From the NCBI GenBank assembly GCA_051313645.2, contig JBNRSN020000032.1, positions 30,256,001 to 30,320,000 on the forward strand: a DNA stretch of 64,000 bases, written 5' to 3'. Numbering within the stretch: position 1 is the stretch's first letter; every line of letters begins with the position of its first letter. A program made the translations under genes and the position numbers. Shown piece by piece: positions 60,699 through 64,000 of this stretch. The notes beneath the pieces are model-generated. The model was not told where the DNA came from. It made no database searches and saw nothing but the letters and a program-made list of their open reading frames with translations. This stretch comes from Centroscyllium fabricii (lineage: Eukaryota).

Positions 60699-61904
60699 GG
60701 CTGGCCAGCCCACAGGGCGGGCTTAACAAGGCCAATTGACACACAATCACGTTTATGCGTCTGATGTCGCTGGGGGTGCGACCCGGAAGGCAGCTGTCCC
60801 ACCCCCAACCTGAAAAAGAGGGGAAAAAAAGCAACACATTTTTTTTAAATCTCCAACACGAATTAGATTCTGAAGGAAGGCAGCTCCACACTTGTAAAAT
60901 AAAATTTTCAGTTCCAGAGAAGTTGTTTGGTAGTAATTATGACTTATCACACTGCTAAAAATTCACTTACACCTTAATGCACCAGTCCTAACATTTTCTG
61001 GCATGTTTCGTGGATAACTAGTGGGTGAGTACAGCAATTCCATGCCCTTACACGGATTTCAATACTGATTCTATCAGCGAGGTACTGGTATAGCGCAGCC
61101 GTGAGTGAACAGGGCAACACTGGCAACATCTGGATTTCTGCGTTTAACTGCGCATGTACAGACTCCAAAAGTTGCTGTCCGATTTACTCCATAGTAAGAG
61201 CGCCGATAGCCTCACCGTTCCTCTAGACGCAAAATCCGGGTCATTGTGTGTGCAGCCCAGTGCTCACAGCTAACCATAATCTGTGCAGAACCTTAGTACT
61301 CAAGGGTAATAATAATGCTGCAGCCCTCCAGTGCTCAGGGTAACAATAATCTGTATATATTAGTTATATGATTAAATTATATCCTTATATAACCAGGCCA
61401 AAGGTACTGCTTTAACTGCAGATCCTTAAATGCTATTGCAGACATCTATGAAAAGGCTTCTTTCTATTCACTGAATGGCCGAGCTAACTTGTAGCTCTAA
61501 ATGACAATGTAGTAGGAAATGACGGGGTTTCAGTATACACAAGTTGGATGTTTTCCTCATTGATATGTTGTTTATCCTATTACACATAATGCATCTGTTG
61601 CAAAGTAAACTGAATTTTCTGAGCAGCCTGTTCCAGTAATTAAGTTTCCCTGAAGTTCTCCACAAGAGTGACCCTTTGGAATGAGTGTTCCACTTTATCC
61701 CCTCGGTTTCAGATCCTGTAAATGTTATGCAACCATGAAGTCACAGTTTAACGTTCATCCCAAAAACACAGCTTCCTAAGCCTGCCAAGCAAGCATGATC
61801 TAGCTCTCCATTATAAATCACAGAGGAACCTCCACATTGATCGAACATAAACATTCTACAGTAGAGTGGTAACAGAGAGTACTCCTTTCCGCAATGGATT
61901 TTTT

Positions 61905-62185
61905 TCTTAGGTTCCATCTTTCAGACGAGAAGTAAACCAAGGCCCCATCTACTCTATCCCATGGCATTTTCTGAAGATGAGCAGGAGAGTTTTCCGGTGT
62001 ACTGGCCCAAATTTCCTTAAATTAGATTATATGGCAAATTCTCATTGCTTTTTGTGCGTATTGACTGCCGTGTTTCCTTCTATTACAATAGTGATTACAC
62101 TTCAAAAAGTACTTTAATGGCTGCAGAATGCGTTGGGATGTTCGAAGGTAATGAAGTGCACTATATAAATGCAAGTTCTATATTT
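61905..62185 (+). mobile_element. DeuSINE-like SINE, decayed
   Basis: Collinear with 15044-15405; tail CTATATAAATGCAAG. Confidence 0.6.
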
Positions 62186-62190
62186 CTTGT

Positions 62191-63013
62191 ACGATAGCAA
62201 AATACTGCAGATGCCGGAAATCCGAAATAACAGAAAATGCTGGAAAAACTCAATAGGCCAGGCAACATCCGTGAAGAGAAATATAGAGTCGACGTTTCGG
62301 ATTCGGACCCTTTGTCAAGACTAAAGCCAGGAAATGAAACAAGTGGGAAGGGTGGGGGAAGCTGGGAGGGAGCAAAAAACAAGAGAACAAAGAGAAAAGA
62401 CGTCAAGAGGTATTCAATGCTGATGGGGCTGTGGACAGGAGACAGCTATAGATTAGGCGTGAAAAGCACTGTCAGAACGGGAGGCAGCTGCTACGAGAAA
62501 GAAAAATAAAGGCCAAATAAAAGGTGTGGGTACAAAAAAAAAGGTAAAAATATAATCGGGGCTGAAGTTACGATCTGAAATTGTTGAACTCGATACCAAG
62601 TCCGGAGGGCTGTAAAGTGCCTAATCGGAAAATGGGGTGCTGTTCCTCGAGTTTACGCTGAGCTTCTGAGAAACAATGTACTTTTACTTTATACGTTTAC
62701 CTATTTTTATCCACACCTTTTATTTGGCCTTTCCCCCCCCCCCCCCTCTCATAGCAGCCGCCTCCCATTCTGCCAGTGCTTTTCACACCCAATCTATAGC
62801 TGCCTCCTGTCCACAGCCTCATCAGCATTGAATACCTTTAATGTCTTTTCTCTTTGTTCTCTCTTTTCTGTTCCTTCCCAGCTCCCCCGGCCTTCCTACC
62901 CATTTCATTTCCTGGCTTTAGTCTTGACAAAGAGTCCGAACCCGAAACATCGACTATATTTCTCTCCACGGACGTTGCCTGGCCTGCTGAGTTTTTCCAG
63001 CATTTTCTGTTGT
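62191..63013. mobile_element. Penelope-derived element forming a long (~320-bp arm) inverted repeat
   Basis: Arms ~62225-62550 and ~62700-63013 are reverse complements. 10-bp TSD TATTTCTTGT (62181-62190, 63014-63023). Confidence 0.75.
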
Positions 63014-63807
63014 TATTTCTTGTTGTTTTTACTGCACTGCAGAAACAAAAGAGTGTTTTGACATCCAGATTGTTGCCAGTTCTAAGCACTCAGGCTCCAA
63101 GCACAAGGTTTTTGGCAGCTGAAAATGGATAGCCCAACTTTCACCCTGAATGCTGAAAATAATGGCTATAACATTGCAAGATAGTACAGTGTCTAAGGCT
63201 GAGCCAGCTAGACTCTCTGCATGGAGTTTGTGAAAGGAAAATACTTCCTACAGTGAATGAACTGCTGGCATAATAAAAGGCTAGACATTAATCAGTCTGT
63301 AAGTAGATACCAGACAAAAGATTCTAGGTTTGCAGCAGAATGATTCTCTACTTTCAACACAAGCATCTTGAGATTCAGGTTCTATAAATTCTACATCTCA
63401 GCCTTCTACCAATTTAATAGTACAAACACAGTACCTATATGAGTCAACAAAAGAGATTATTAATAAGGTGTTCAAGGGTATGCCATTACAATTTTGGCGC
63501 TAGTCTTGGCCATTCTCGTACCAAAGAGCTCTTCTGTAGTGAATCACCCAAGAATTTTTCCATAATTCTGTCAAGTGGGACAACTGCACGAAACAACTAA
63601 TTCTTAGTATGAACTGTGCCATTATTTACTGGAAAAAAAAGTTGATAATTAAAAATGCACTTTTTATAACTACTTCTTCTTCATGCAATTACCACGTAGC
63701 AACCAAGATATATGGGGCAAAACCCCTACAGGGAAAGAATTGGGAGAAGGCCGAGGTGCCTTCATTTTTATGGGTCTGAAATTACGTCTGCATGCCTATT
63801 TACTCTT

Positions 63808-64000
63808 CTCAGGCAGTCCCTCGGAACAGAGGATGACTTACTTCCACATTAGAAAATGAGCACTCAGGTGACTGATGAGTCCAATGTGGGACCTACAGTC
63901 CCTTTATCTATGAGGGACCTGACGTACCAGGTCCCGGATTCATTTGAAAGGGTGGAAGATGTCGGTGCGTGAATTCCTTTAACGTGGGGTGGCCGTTGCA
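63808..64000 (-). mobile_element. Probable RTE-clade LINE 3' end
   Basis: GGCAGTCCCTCGG...GAGGATGACTT.CTTCCAC resembles RTE 3' termini, from memory. Confidence 0.4.

Noticed and set aside
63872-63900. CTGATGAGTCC hammerhead-like core
   Set aside because: No GAAA follows the putative stem II; it lies in a probable RTE fragment.

Overview
Repeat-dense eukaryotic DNA from a vertebrate, most likely a cartilaginous fish (HE1/V-SINE-like SINEs with CR1/HER1-like partner LINEs, DeuSINE-like and Penelope-derived repeats). Most of the window is transposable elements: three large CR1 LINEs (one with an uninterrupted ORF2); a deep nest (old CR1 > minus-strand Gypsy A > [a CR1] and [a TA-flanked MITE > plus-strand Gypsy B]); a very young, intact CsRn1-like Gypsy inside intron 1 of the Myb/SANT gene of a decayed Harbinger transposon; and Rex1, hAT, RTE, MITE, SINE and satellite fragments. 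Host-gene sequence appears only as single exons: an intact SH3PXD2 (Tks5/Tks4-like) PX-domain exon, an SLC30A8/A2-like exon with a dead splice donor, a QKI exon 1 split by a LINE fragment, and a possible hyaluronidase remnant. The main signals are: (i) Gypsy A and B both lack a tRNA primer-binding site and instead carry a post-LTR tract complementary, with compensatory changes, to their own LTR poly(A)-signal region, and both have YLDN instead of YxDD in RT, suggesting a self-priming lineage; (ii) a U_UUA_AAC slippery heptamer joins CR1 ORF1 to an AUG-less ORF2; (iii) the orphan-exon mosaic; (iv) a 5S-derived SINE with a Rex1-like tail; (v) inverted hammerhead-ribozyme cassettes. All calls were made by eye and no database searches were run.
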